Part shown: one piece after another, positions 54,892-64,000 of the stretch | Layout of the letters: every line of letters starts with the position of its first letter | How positions within the stretch are numbered: the first letter of the stretch is position 1 | Assembly: GCA_016869275.1 (NCBI GenBank) | Contig: VGEO01000006.1 | Location: 8,251-72,250 of the forward strand | Reading direction: 5' to 3' | Source: Alphaproteobacteria bacterium | Lineage (GTDB): Bacteria; Pseudomonadota; Alphaproteobacteria; SHVV01 | DNA: 64,000 nucleotides | Made by a program: the position numbers and the translations under genes | Notes under the pieces: generated by a model | The model's database searches: none | What the model was told of the DNA's origin: nothing | The model's input: the letters and a program-made list of their open reading frames with translations, nothing else

Positions 54892-56058
54892 ATGCAGCTC
54901 GCCCATCGCATGTCGCTCCTGGGGACCGAGAGCGCGTTCGTGGTCCTGGCCCGCGCCGAAGCCTTGAAGCGCCAGGGCAAGGACATCATCAGCCTAGGGA
55001 TCGGCCAGCCCGACTTCCCGACCCCGCCCCACATCGTCGAGGCCGCGGCCAAGGCGCTCCGCGATGGCCACCACGGCTATACGCCGGCGAACGGCATCCT
55101 GCCCTTGCGCGAAGCGGTCGCGGCCGACATCGAGAAGCGGCGCAGCGTCGCCGTCCACCCCGACCGGATCGTGGTCGTCCCCGGCGGCAAGGTGACGATG
55201 TTCTTCGCGATCGTCATGTTCGGCGAACCCGGCGCCGAGATCATGTACCCCGATCCCGGTTTCCCGATTTACGAGTCGGTGATCCGGTTCACGGGTGCGA
55301 CGCCGGTCGCGATGCCGCTCTACGAGAAGAACGACTTTTCATTCTCGGCCGATGAAGTGCTGGCCAAGGTGACGTCCAGGACAAGGCTCATCATCGTCAA
55401 TTCGCCCGCCAATCCCACCGGCGGCGCGGTGCCGAAGGCCGAGCTCGACCAGCTCGTCGCCGGGCTCGAACGCCACCCCCACGTCGCCATCATGTCGGAC
55501 GAGATTTACGACCGCATCGTCTATGACGGCCGCGGCCACGCATCGCTCCTCGCCTACGAATCGATCCGCGACCGCCTGATCGTGCTGAACGGTTGGTCGA
55601 AGACCTACGCCATGACCGGCTGGCGCCTCGGCTACGGCGTCTGGCCTCAAGGCTTGGTCGAGCACGCGACCCGGCTCGCGGTCAACGACCACTCGTGCGT
55701 CAATGCGGCGACGCAGTGGGCCGGCAAGGCCGCGCTCGAAGGGCCGCAGGACGCGGTCGACCGCATGGTCGCGGCGTTCGATGAACGCCGGCGCGTGATC
55801 CACCAGGAACTGAACGCGCTCCCCGGCGTCGGCTGCGTCAAGCCGGCCGGTGCCTTTTACGCCTTCGCCAACGTCGCCAAGACCGGGCAGTCGGCGCGCG
55901 CGCTCGAGACCAAGTTCCTCGAGGACGGCGGCGTCGCCACCGTCGCGGGCACCAGCTTCGGCACCCACGGCGAGGGCTTCATCCGCTTCTCCTATGCCAA
56001 CTCGGTCGAGAACATCCGCGAAGCCATGCATCGGATCCGCCGGGTGCTCGGAAACTGA
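54892..56058 (+). CDS. Pyridoxal-phosphate-dependent aminotransferase, class I (aspartate/aromatic type)
   Basis: Track ORF 54859-56058. Contains ISLGIGQPDFPTP, NSPANPTG and the PLP-lysine context GWSKTYAMTGWRLGY. The start is ATG 54892 or ATG 54880. Confidence 0.9.
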   Translation: MQLAHRMSLLGTESAFVVLARAEALKRQGKDIISLGIGQPDFPTPPHIVEAAAKALRDGHHGYTPANGILPLREAVAADIEKRRSVAVHPDRIVVVPGGKVTMFFAIVMFGEPGAEIMYPDPGFPIYESVIRFTGATPVAMPLYEKNDFSFSADEVLAKVTSRTRLIIVNSPANPTGGAVPKAELDQLVAGLERHPHVAIMSDEIYDRIVYDGRGHASLLAYESIRDRLIVLNGWSKTYAMTGWRLGYGVWPQGLVEHATRLAVNDHSCVNAATQWAGKAALEGPQDAVDRMVAAFDERRRVIHQELNALPGVGCVKPAGAFYAFANVAKTGQSARALETKFLEDGGVATVAGTSFGTHGEGFIRFSYANSVENIREAMHRIRRVLGN

Positions 56059-56155
56059 CCCAGGCCCGCCTGCCTACGCCTTAGGCAGGTGCCCGAATCG
56101 GCGGCAGCGCGACCCCCGATCACTAAAAATTCTCCCGGTGATATCAAGGTGTTAG

Positions 56156-56590
<435 letters not shown>

Positions 56591-56663
56591 GTTTCGGAAT
56601 TGGGACAGAACCATGGCGAAGACACCGACATCCAAGGGCTCAGCAGCAAGAGGGAGTACGGCG

Positions 56664-58079
56664 ATGGCCGACGCGAGCATCAAGAAAGTACTGCAGACGA
56701 TCAAAGACAAAGAGGTGAAGTACCTCTCGCTTCGCTTCACCGACCCGCGCGGCAAGTGGCAGCACCTTGCGATGGACACCCGGATCGTCGATGAGGACAC
56801 CCTCACCGGCGGCGTCATGTTCGACGGCTCCTCGATCGCCGGCTGGAAGGACATCTCCGAATCCGACATGACGCTGATGCCGGACGCAGCGACCGCGACC
56901 ATGGATCCGTTCGCGGCGCAGACCCAGATGGTCGTGTTCTGCGACGTCTACGAGCCCACCACCGGCGAGCCGTACGGGCGCGACCCGCGTTCGGTCGCGA
57001 AGCGCGCCGAGGCGCACCTCGCCCACACCGGCATCGGCGACCGCGCCATGTTCGGACCCGAACCCGAGTTCTTCGTCTTCGACGACGTCCGCTTCAAGGT
57101 CGCGATGAACGGCTCGATGTACGCGGTCGACGAGGAGGAAGGCCCCTACAACTCCGATCGCAGCTTCGAAGGCGGCAACAGCGGCCACCGCCCGCCGACC
57201 AAGGGCGGCTACTTTCCGGTGCCGCCGGTCGATTCGGCCAACGACCTCCGCGCCGAGATGAACTCGGTGATGGCCGAGATGGGCCTGAAGACCGAGAAGC
57301 ACCACCACGAGGTGGCGCCCAGCCAGCACGAGCTCGGCATCAAGGGCGACACGTTGGTCCTCACCGCCGACATGGTGCAGATCTACAAGTACGTTGTGCA
57401 GAACGTCGCCCACAGCTACGGCAAATCCGCGACCTTCATGCCGAAGCCGATCCTGGGCGACAACGGCTCGGGGATGCACACCCACCAGTCGATCTGGAAG
57501 GGCGACAAGCCGATCTTCGCCGGCAACAACTACGCCGACCTTTCCGAGACCGCGCTCTTCTACATCGGCGGCATCATCAAGCACGCCAAGGCGATCAACG
57601 CGTTCACCAACCCGACCACCAACAGCTACAAGCGCCTGGTGCCCGGGTTCGAGGCGCCGGTGCTCTTGGCTTACTCGGCCCGCAACCGCTCGGCCTCGTG
57701 CCGCATCCCCTATACGTCGAGCCCCAAGGGCAAACGCGTCGAGGTGCGGTTCCCCGACCCCGCCGCCAACCCCTACTTCGGCTTCGCGGCGATGTTGATG
57801 GCGGGCTTGGACGGCATTCAGAACCGCACCCACCCCGGCGATCCGATCGACAAGAACCTCTACGATCTGCCGCCCGAAGAACTGAAGAACGTACCGACGG
57901 TATGCGGGAGCTTGTGGGAAGCGCTCGATGCGCTCGACAAGGACCGCGCGTTCCTGAAGAAAGGCGATGTCTTCACCGACGACCTGATCGATGGCTACCT
58001 CGAGCTGAAGCGGGCCGAAGCCAAGCGTTACGACATGACGCCGCACCCGCTCGAATTCGAGATGTACTACAGCGTCTGA
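56664..58079 (+). CDS. glnA: Glutamine synthetase type I
   Basis: Track ORF 56514-58079. ATG 56664 ([34 protein letters not shown]) follows GGGAG; the alternative is ATG 56613. Contains GSGMHTHQS, and [13 protein letters not shown] includes the adenylylation Tyr context. Confidence 0.95.
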   Translation: MADASIKKVLQTIKDKEVKYLSLRFTDPRGKWQHLAMDTRIVDEDTLTGGVMFDGSSIAGWKDISESDMTLMPDAATATMDPFAAQTQMVVFCDVYEPTTGEPYGRDPRSVAKRAEAHLAHTGIGDRAMFGPEPEFFVFDDVRFKVAMNGSMYAVDEEEGPYNSDRSFEGGNSGHRPPTKGGYFPVPPVDSANDLRAEMNSVMAEMGLKTEKHHHEVAPSQHELGIKGDTLVLTADMVQIYKYVVQNVAHSYGKSATFMPKPILGDNGSGMHTHQSIWKGDKPIFAGNNYADLSETALFYIGGIIKHAKAINAFTNPTTNSYKRLVPGFEAPVLLAYSARNRSASCRIPYTSSPKGKRVEVRFPDPAANPYFGFAAMLMAGLDGIQNRTHPGDPIDKNLYDLPPEELKNVPTVCGSLWEALDALDKDRAFLKKGDVFTDDLIDGYLELKRAEAKRYDMTPHPLEFEMYYSV

Positions 58080-58106
58080 CGTCTCCCTGCGACTGACGGC
58101 GCGAAC

Positions 58107-58140
58107 GGCGCGGGCATCGATGCCCGCGCCGTCTTGTTTT
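58107..58140 (+). terminator. Rho-independent terminator after glnA
   Basis: Perfect 24-nt palindrome GGCGCGGGCATCGATGCCCGCGCC (58107-58130), followed by GTCTTGTTTT. Confidence 0.85.
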
Positions 58141-58189
58141 GGAAGGCCGAGGCCTTAGAATAGACACCATGCGCCTTGGGGAGGGTGGG

Positions 58190-59341
58190 ATGACATCGAC
58201 GGCAAGCGCCGCGCGCGCGTTCTCGACCGATCCGGACCAGTCGGCGGTGCTGCCGGCGTCGTGGTACTACGACCCGGCGATCCTCGCCGCCGAAAAAGAA
58301 GCGATCTACTTCAAGAGCTGGCAGTTCGCCGGCGCGCTCTACGATCTGCCCGAGCCGGGTTGCTATTTCACCGCCGCGATCCTCGACCAGAGCGTGATCG
58401 TGCTCCGCGACAAGAAGGGCGAGCTTCGCGCCTACTACAATGTCTGCGCCCACCGCGGCCACGAGATCGTCCAGGGCGCGGGGCGAAAGATGATCCTCAC
58501 CTGCCCTTACCATTCGTGGTCCTATGATTTGGACGGTGCCTTGAAGGCGGCCGGCAACGCCGAGAACGTCAAGGGCTTCGACGCCAAGGAATTCGGGCTC
58601 AAGGAAATCCGGGTCGAAGCGTTCGCGAACATGGCGTTCGTCAATTTCGACGCCGCCGCGCCGCCGCTCGCGGCGATCGCCGGCGACCTCGAGGCCGACT
58701 TCCGTCGCGTCGTCCCCGACTTCGACCGCCTGGTGCCGTTCCGCCGCGACCATTACGACATCAAGTCGAATTGGAAGATCGTGATCGAGAACTTCCTCGA
58801 GTGCTACCACTGCCCGGTCGTGCACCCGGGCGTGATGGGCGAGGAAAACGCCAATATGCAGCCATCATGGGAGTCGGAGGACTGCGGCTATTTCTCGCGC
58901 CACATCATCCGCGCCCATCCCGAGGAGGTGCAGAGCCAAGCGACCGAGAAACTACCGTTTCAGTTCCGAGCCGGCGGCCCGATCAAGGACGGCCACCTGT
59001 GGGGGCTGTGGCCCAACGTCTGCTTCATCGCCCGGCCCGGCGACTCGAACTTTCAAGTATTCCATGTGATGCCGTCGGGACCCGAGACTACCCACGAGAC
59101 GCTGGTCAATTTCGGCAAGGGCGGCGCGCCCGAAGCGCTCGAGCTCGCCTCGTTCGACCGCTTCCGCGACGAGCTCAACTGGCAGGACATCGGCGTGGTC
59201 GAGAGCGTCCAGCGCGCGATGCACTCGAAGGGCTTCAAGGGCGGACGCCTGATGGTCGACCCCGACAATTCATGGCGGAGCGAAGGCTCGGTCCACCACT
59301 TCGATAAGATGGTGTGGGAAGCGGTGAACGGGCGCGGTTAG
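58190..59341 (+). CDS. Rieske [2Fe-2S] non-heme-iron oxygenase, alpha subunit type (GbcA/CntA/choline-monooxygenase-like)
   Basis: Track ORF 58139-59341. ATG 58190 follows GGGAGGG. The Rieske motif is CAHRGHEIVQGAGRKMILTCPYHSWSY, and the mononuclear-iron region is NFLECYHCPVVHPG. Confidence 0.88.
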   Translation: MTSTASAARAFSTDPDQSAVLPASWYYDPAILAAEKEAIYFKSWQFAGALYDLPEPGCYFTAAILDQSVIVLRDKKGELRAYYNVCAHRGHEIVQGAGRKMILTCPYHSWSYDLDGALKAAGNAENVKGFDAKEFGLKEIRVEAFANMAFVNFDAAAPPLAAIAGDLEADFRRVVPDFDRLVPFRRDHYDIKSNWKIVIENFLECYHCPVVHPGVMGEENANMQPSWESEDCGYFSRHIIRAHPEEVQSQATEKLPFQFRAGGPIKDGHLWGLWPNVCFIARPGDSNFQVFHVMPSGPETTHETLVNFGKGGAPEALELASFDRFRDELNWQDIGVVESVQRAMHSKGFKGGRLMVDPDNSWRSEGSVHHFDKMVWEAVNGRG

Positions 59342-59368
59342 TACTCGCTAACATAGGTTCGTGGCCCG

Positions 59369-59399
59369 GCCTCATCCTTCGACGGGCTCAGGATGAGGC
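59369..59399. repeat. REP-like hairpin 1
   Basis: Perfect 10-bp arms GCCTCATCCT (59369-59378) and AGGATGAGGC (59390-59399) with an 11-nt loop. It lies between convergent genes. Confidence 0.6.
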
Positions 59400-59409
59400 T
59401 CAAAGAAAA

Positions 59410-59442
59410 GCCCTCATCGTGAGCTTGGCGAACCATGAGGGC
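59410..59442. repeat. REP-like hairpin 2
   Basis: 8-bp arms GCCCTCAT (59410-59417) and ATGAGGGC (59435-59442). The arm core CCTCAT/ATGAGG is related to hairpin 1. Confidence 0.5.
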
Positions 59443-59481
59443 GTGTCTCCGGATTGCGAGTCGGGGCGCTATCACGCCGGC

Positions 59482-60693
59482 CTAGCCACAGGTAAGCGGA
59501 TAAGTAATCTTGAGCGCGCGCCCCGCAAGCGGCACGCCGGCATCGTCGCCATCGCGCGGGTAGGTCCGAGCCGGATCGAAGCATGCGATCCGACCGGGGC
59601 CGTCGTGCCAAAAGAAGTGCGGCGTCACGGCTTGAACCAAGCCCGGTCCTTGCGTGATCCGGGTTTCGAATTCGAGCAGGTCGGGCGGTTCGAGCGTCGC
59701 GATCGCCTGCCCGCGCCGGACGCGCTCGCCCGGCGCGACTTTGAGGACGCCGAGGCCGCGATAGACCGTCCGCACCATGTAGGGTTCGCCGAACGCGTGG
59801 GCCGGGTGATCGATCCAGATCTCGCCGCTGGTCGTCCGGGTCGCGAGCGTGACGATGCCTTCGGCCGCCGCCAGTACCGGCGCGTCGGGTTTCCCCTGGA
59901 TCGCGATCAATGGGCGGCGTTCGCCGCTCGGGCCGCGCGCGAGGTAGTCGCTGGCGATTGCCGCCGCGCCCGGCGGCAGCAACGGCGCCGACTTGAGTTG
60001 CGTGTGGTGTGTTCCGGCCAACAACTCGGCCATGACCGCGGTCACGATCGGCCGCGTCTCGGCCTGGGTCGCGCCGACCCGGAGCCTGGGGTCGTAGAGC
60101 GCTTGCAGCACCATCGCGTCCCACGGCGTCTGGCCGTCGGCCTCGCGGATATTGTCGTAGACGAACATGATCGATTCGTAGGCGAACGTCGCCGGCGCGT
60201 GGCCGCGGACGCCCAGGCTATGCATGATTTCGTGGTCGAGGCAGCGCACCACCCGCTGCTCGGGCGTCTGGCGCGCGCTCGGCAACGTCGCGATCACGAT
60301 CCGGCTGCGGTTGGCGTGGCAGCGCACCCATTCCTCGCTGTCGCGCCCCTCGAGCCGGGTACGGATGCGAACGGTCTCCTCGCGCACGAACGTGATCGTG
60401 AAGTTGAAGCGCTTGGCGTCGGCCGGCGCGACTTCGATCGGCATGCCGGTGAGTTCGACCAACCGCTGCAACCGCGCCGCAACCACTGTCCGATAGGCTT
60501 CAACCTCGTTCCCCTCCAGCTTGATCACGAGGTTGGCGTTCTTGATCACCGCATCGTCGGGGCGTTGAAACGCGAGCCGGGTGAAGAAGTCAACCATCTC
60601 GGCGAGGTTCGGCGCCGCGGCCGCCGGCCCGACCGCGACAAGCGCGAGCGCCGCCGCGACGCCCCACCGCATCGCGCCGCGCCGACCCTTCAT
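59482..60693 (-). CDS. Secreted two-domain protein: N-terminal HExxH-motif domain plus C-terminal degenerate LytM/M23-like domain
   Basis: 403-aa ORF with signal peptide MKGRRGAMRWGVAAALALVAVGPAAAAP. Contains RCLDHEIMHSLGVRGH. The C-terminal PVLAAAEGIVTLA...WIDHP...VAPGERVRRGQAIATLE resembles M23, but I see no HxxxD or HxH zinc motifs. Confidence 0.7.
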   Translation of the reverse strand: MKGRRGAMRWGVAAALALVAVGPAAAAPNLAEMVDFFTRLAFQRPDDAVIKNANLVIKLEGNEVEAYRTVVAARLQRLVELTGMPIEVAPADAKRFNFTITFVREETVRIRTRLEGRDSEEWVRCHANRSRIVIATLPSARQTPEQRVVRCLDHEIMHSLGVRGHAPATFAYESIMFVYDNIREADGQTPWDAMVLQALYDPRLRVGATQAETRPIVTAVMAELLAGTHHTQLKSAPLLPPGAAAIASDYLARGPSGERRPLIAIQGKPDAPVLAAAEGIVTLATRTTSGEIWIDHPAHAFGEPYMVRTVYRGLGVLKVAPGERVRRGQAIATLEPPDLLEFETRITQGPGLVQAVTPHFFWHDGPGRIACFDPARTYPRDGDDAGVPLAGRALKITYPLTCG

Positions 60694-61775
60694 TTGCCGG
60701 TCGGGATTTCAAGCGGGCGCGCCGGCGGCGCTGCGCAGGCTTCGCCGATCGCGCGGATCTTGGCCGTCACCGCCTGCACCCGTCCGGAAGCGATCGTGCT
60801 GTTGCCGGCGAGCGCCCATGCGTAGTCGCGGAATTCGGCGAAGGGTATCTCCTTTTCGATGCGCGCGAACACGCAGGCGCAGTGGCCGGGCGCGCCGAGC
60901 GACTTGGCGCAGCCGGTTCGATTGACGGCGATGAAGTCGGGCGTGTAGGCGGCGGGTATTTTTTCGTCGGGTGCGCCGCAACGCCGCCGCGCCGCTTCGA
61001 TCGCGTCCGCGAAACGGGCGCCCTCGGGCTCGGCTTCGAGCGTGCCGCGGACGTATTTGAGAAGAATTTCGGGCGTGACGTTCCGCTGCAAGGCGCCGGC
61101 CGCACACACACATGCCGCTGGCGACCCGCCGTGGTCGCGGCAGCGCTTGATCACGACGTCGACCGTCTCGGGTGGATAGGCATTGCGGCCGCGGATGTCG
61201 ATCTTGGCGAGCACGGCAGCGGCGAATCCGGGGGCGCGGAGCCGATCGGCGCGATCGGCGCGATCACAATAGTAGCCGTCGATACGCTCGTTGACCTTGC
61301 CGAGCTCGCCAGCGGTCCGCGCATAGCGACGAAAGCCGAAGCAGTGGAGCTCCCGGCCAGGCAGGCGGAAATAGAAGTAGGTGCCGCCGCCGTGGTCGGC
61401 TTCTGCGATCGAGTCTTTGTCGATCGCCACTCCGTCGCTCGGAAAAAACGCCTTGGCGAGATCGTCGGGCAGCGTCAGCGGTTGGACGATCCACGACCTG
61501 AGCGGCGGCGACGTCGTGAGCCAAACGTCGAGCCGAGGGTACGCGTCGACCGCGGTTCGCCACTGGCCACGTTCCAGGAGTTGAACGCCCCCGTCGCGCG
61601 TCTCGCGCGCCGCCCCGTAAGCGTGGAGGGTGAGGCCCAAGTCGCCGGCACCGATCATGATCTTACCGTCGGCGGCGTCGATGACGCGCCATTCGGCCGT
61701 TTGCGCGAGCGCAATAGACGCCGCTCCAGCGGATAGGAAGACCGCAATCAGGGCGGTAATGGAAAGACGAAACAT
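60690..61775 (-). CDS. Secreted hypothetical protein with a duplicated C-x(9)-C-x-C module
   Basis: 361-aa ORF with signal peptide MFRLSITALIAVFLSAGAASIALAQ. Two similar segments are CRDHGGSPAACVCAAGALQRNVTPEILLKYV and CAKSLGAPGHCACVFARIEKEIPFAEFRDYA. Its stop overlaps the next gene's start as ATGA. Confidence 0.65.
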   Translation of the reverse strand: MFRLSITALIAVFLSAGAASIALAQTAEWRVIDAADGKIMIGAGDLGLTLHAYGAARETRDGGVQLLERGQWRTAVDAYPRLDVWLTTSPPLRSWIVQPLTLPDDLAKAFFPSDGVAIDKDSIAEADHGGGTYFYFRLPGRELHCFGFRRYARTAGELGKVNERIDGYYCDRADRADRLRAPGFAAAVLAKIDIRGRNAYPPETVDVVIKRCRDHGGSPAACVCAAGALQRNVTPEILLKYVRGTLEAEPEGARFADAIEAARRRCGAPDEKIPAAYTPDFIAVNRTGCAKSLGAPGHCACVFARIEKEIPFAEFRDYAWALAGNSTIASGRVQAVTAKIRAIGEACAAPPARPLEIPTGK

Positions 61776-61806
61776 GGATCCGAATGTCGCGAATGCGACT
61801 CCGAGC

Positions 61807-62193
61807 TTATACCGGACGCGGCCGTTTCCGCTGATCGAGCGCCACGTAAACGAAGGTGCCCTCGGTCACGAGCAGGTGCGCCGCCTCGGCTTGATCGCGG
61901 CGATGGACGAAGGTCTCGAGTTTGACCGTCATCGAGGTACGCCCGACCTTGACGACTTCGGCATAGACCGAAACGACGTCGCCGACCGAGATCGGGCGGA
62001 CGAACGTCATGCGATCGATCGCCACCGTCGCGACCCGGCCCTTGGCGCGTTCGGCCGCCACCACCCCGCCGGCGATGTCCATCTGCGCCAACACCCAGCC
62101 GCCGAAGATGTCGCCGTTGGCGTTGGCATCGGCCGGCATCGGCACGGTGCGGATGGTGGCGGGGCGGGCGGGCGGGGTGCGGCTATCGGACAT
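61807..62193 (-). CDS. Acyl-CoA thioesterase, YciA-like hotdog fold
   Basis: Track ORF 61807-62730. The real start is MSDSRTPPARPATIRTV at ATG 62193. Contains ANANGDIFGGWVLAQMDIAGG and GRTSMTVKLETF. Confidence 0.85.
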   Translation of the reverse strand: MSDSRTPPARPATIRTVPMPADANANGDIFGGWVLAQMDIAGGVVAAERAKGRVATVAIDRMTFVRPISVGDVVSVYAEVVKVGRTSMTVKLETFVHRRDQAEAAHLLVTEGTFVYVALDQRKRPRPV

Positions 62194-62222
62194 GCTCGTT
62201 CTCCGGACCAAAAAAACGACGC

Positions 62223-62752
62223 TCACGCTGCCGGCATCAGTTCCTTGTAGAAGAAAGAACAATCGTCCAGACCGCGGCCGTCCGGCAAGACCGCATAGCG
62301 GGGAACGATCCCGAACCGACAATAGCCCAACTGCTCGTAGAGCCGCTCGGCCGCGCTGCCGCGCTGCGTGTCGAAGGTCAGGAGGGTGCGGCCGCGGGCC
62401 CGCGCTTCCTCTTCGATCCGGACCATCAACGCATGGGCGAAGCCCCGGCGCCGCGCCCGGCGATGCACCAGGACTTTTTTCACGTCGGCCCGGTGGCGCT
62501 GATTTGGCGGCGTGTCGAGGTCGAGCAACGCCGTGCCGACCAAGCCTCCGTCGTCGTATGCGGCAACGAGAATCGTCGAGCCGGCCGCTATTTCTTGTAT
62601 TGCCTTGTCCCAGAATGCGGCGGCATCGGCTAGCCCGAACGGCATCACGAAATTGACGCTCGCGCGCCCGCGACACAGTCGGCCAGGACCTCGGCCAGCG
62701 CTGGAAGCTCCTGCGTCGCCCGACTGGCATCGAGGAGGTGAATTTCGCTCAT
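62223..62752 (-). pseudogene. GNAT-family N-acetyltransferase split by a frameshift near 62660-62668
   Basis: Track ORF 62223-62648 begins mid-domain (VMPFGLADAAAFW...). My translation of a second frame from ATG 62752 gives MSEIHLLDASRATQELPALAEVLADCVAGARASIS*. The next frame there reads ...ASVNFVMPFG, so one missing nucleotide would restore CVAGxASVNFVMP. Confidence 0.6.
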
Positions 62753-62853
62753 CCCACGAACCCCTACATCTTGTTGTCGAAAATTATCCACATACCGTAT
62801 ATTCGCCGCAACTTGGCTTCGGGGCGTACGCCTCCCATGTGTGACGAGGTTCG

Positions 62854-64000
62854 ATGAACGACCTGTTCGATTTCGCCAAAAAAGGTAAGTCCGACGTGAA
62901 GAAGTCGAAGGCCGGGAAGAAGGCGGGCTATACGGCTGAAGACATCGAAGTCTTGGAGGGCCTCGATCCGGTCCGTCGCCGGCCCGGCATGTATGTCGGC
63001 TCGACCGACGAGCACGGGCTCCATCACCTCGCCGCCGAAGTCCTCGACAACGCCATGGACGAGGCCGTCAACGGCCACGCCACCCACATCGACCTCGTCC
63101 TCAACGCCAACGGCAGCCTGACCGTGCGCGACAACGGCCGCGGCATCCCGATCGATCCGCACCCCAAGTTCAAGTCGAAGTCGGCGCTCGAGGTCGTCCT
63201 CACCATGCTTCACTCGGGCGGCAAGTTCTCGGGCAAAGTCTATCGCACCGCCGGCGGCCTCCACGGCGTCGGCGTCTCGGTCGTGAACGCGCTCTCCTCC
63301 TCGCTCGAGGTCGAAGTGGCGCGCGACGGCGCGATCTGGACCCAGGGCTACGCCCGCGGCACGCCCAAGACCAAGCTCAAGAAAGCCGGTCCGGCCAAGA
63401 ACCGCCACGGCACCACCATCACCTTCGTGCCCGACACCGAGATTTTTGCTGCCGCCCAGTTCAGCCCGTCCCGCCTCTACGAGATGGCCAAGGCCAAGGC
63501 ATACCTCCATTCCGGCGTCACCATCGAGTGGCGGTGCGCGCCCGAGCGGCTGACCAAGAGCGCCCGCGTCCCCGCGACGGCGAGCTTCCATTTCCCGAAC
63601 GGCCTCGCCGACCATCTGGCCGAGATCATCAACGGCAGCGACACCGTGACCCCGACCGCGTTCGCCGGCGCCGCCGACCTCCCCGACGATCAGGGTCGGA
63701 TCGAATGGGCGATTGCGTGGCCGCGCGGCGAAGACGGCCGCATCCTCACCTATTGCAACACGGTGCCGACACCCGACGGCGGCACCCACGAGAACGGCCT
63801 GAAAACCGCGCTCACCCGCTCGCTCAAAGACTATGGCGAGCTCGCCGGCAATCGCCGCGTCGCCCAAGTGACGACCGACGACGTCGTTTCGGGCACCTGC
63901 GCGATCCTCTCGCTCTTCATCAAGAACCCGCAGTTCTTCGGCCAAACCAAGGCCAAGCTCACCAACGCCGAGGCCCAGCGCTGGGTGGAGGCGGCGCTCA
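62854..64000 (+). CDS. parE: DNA topoisomerase IV subunit B, partial (continues past window end)
   Basis: Open at the window edge, so absent from the ORF track. My translation from ATG 62854 gives MNDLFDFAKKGKSDVKKSKAGKKAGYTAEDIEVLEGLDPVRRRPGMYVGSTDEHGLHHLAAEVLDNAMDEAVNGHAT...HPKFKSKSALEVVLTMLHSGGKF. I call ParE rather than GyrB from the EVLEGLDPVRRRPGMY and LHHLAAEVLDNAMDEAV pattern. Confidence 0.85.
   Translation, partial: MNDLFDFAKKGKSDVKKSKAGKKAGYTAEDIEVLEGLDPVRRRPGMYVGSTDEHGLHHLAAEVLDNAMDEAVNGHATHIDLVLNANGSLTVRDNGRGIPIDPHPKFKSKSALEVVLTMLHSGGKFSGKVYRTAGGLHGVGVSVVNALSSSLEVEVARDGAIWTQGYARGTPKTKLKKAGPAKNRHGTTITFVPDTEIFAAAQFSPSRLYEMAKAKAYLHSGVTIEWRCAPERLTKSARVPATASFHFPNGLADHLAEIINGSDTVTPTAFAGAADLPDDQGRIEWAIAWPRGEDGRILTYCNTVPTPDGGTHENGLKTALTRSLKDYGELAGNRRVAQVTTDDVVSGTCAILSLFIKNPQFFGQTKAKLTNAEAQRWVEAAL

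Overview
High-GC, gene-dense chromosomal segment with about 60 CDS and one tRNA. It looks alphaproteobacterial: linked glnB-glnA, a ParE with a basic N-terminal extension, and REP-like intergenic hairpins. I saw no rRNA, CRISPR array, transposase, integrase or phage genes.

Coordinates 1-46 kb look like an accessory catabolic and transport region built from paralogous families:
- four amidohydrolase-2 (ACMSD/LigW-type) genes
- two two-domain VOC (extradiol-dioxygenase-like) genes
- three meta-cleavage-type alpha/beta hydrolases
- four LivK-type binding proteins
- two Liv-type ABC translocators, one with a fused permease-ATPase
- a VOC/MaoC/PrpD-family/acyl-CoA dehydrogenase/family-III CoA-transferase cluster whose gene content resembles the Pseudomonas itaconate (C5-dicarboxylate) locus

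Only two regulators are visible in this region: one LuxR-type protein and one ECF sigma/anti-sigma pair.

Coordinates 46-64 kb are more housekeeping-like: MFS and BASS transporters, a Dpp/Opp-type ABC operon, tRNA-His, an aminotransferase, glnBA, a lone Rieske oxygenase, two secreted proteins, a thioesterase and parE.

Best candidates for something undescribed:
1. A translationally coupled five-gene operon at 30453-35604. It combines a stand-alone PaaA-like di-iron oxygenase, an alpha-methylacyl-CoA-racemase-like protein with its catalytic Asp replaced by Asn, a C-N hydrolase, an acyl-CoA ligase and an MhpD-like hydratase.
2. The duplicated amidohydrolase/VOC/hydrolase module wired to a multi-binding-protein ABC importer.
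3. A TauD-family protein whose WHxD iron motif reads WHAAH.
4. An orphan CoxL-type molybdoenzyme co-oriented with an unknown secreted protein and an RskA-type ECF pair.

Three small genes are disrupted: a DUF6152-like gene, a GNAT gene and a HicB-like remnant.

All calls come from reading the ORF track and the DNA by eye. No database searches or computations were run.
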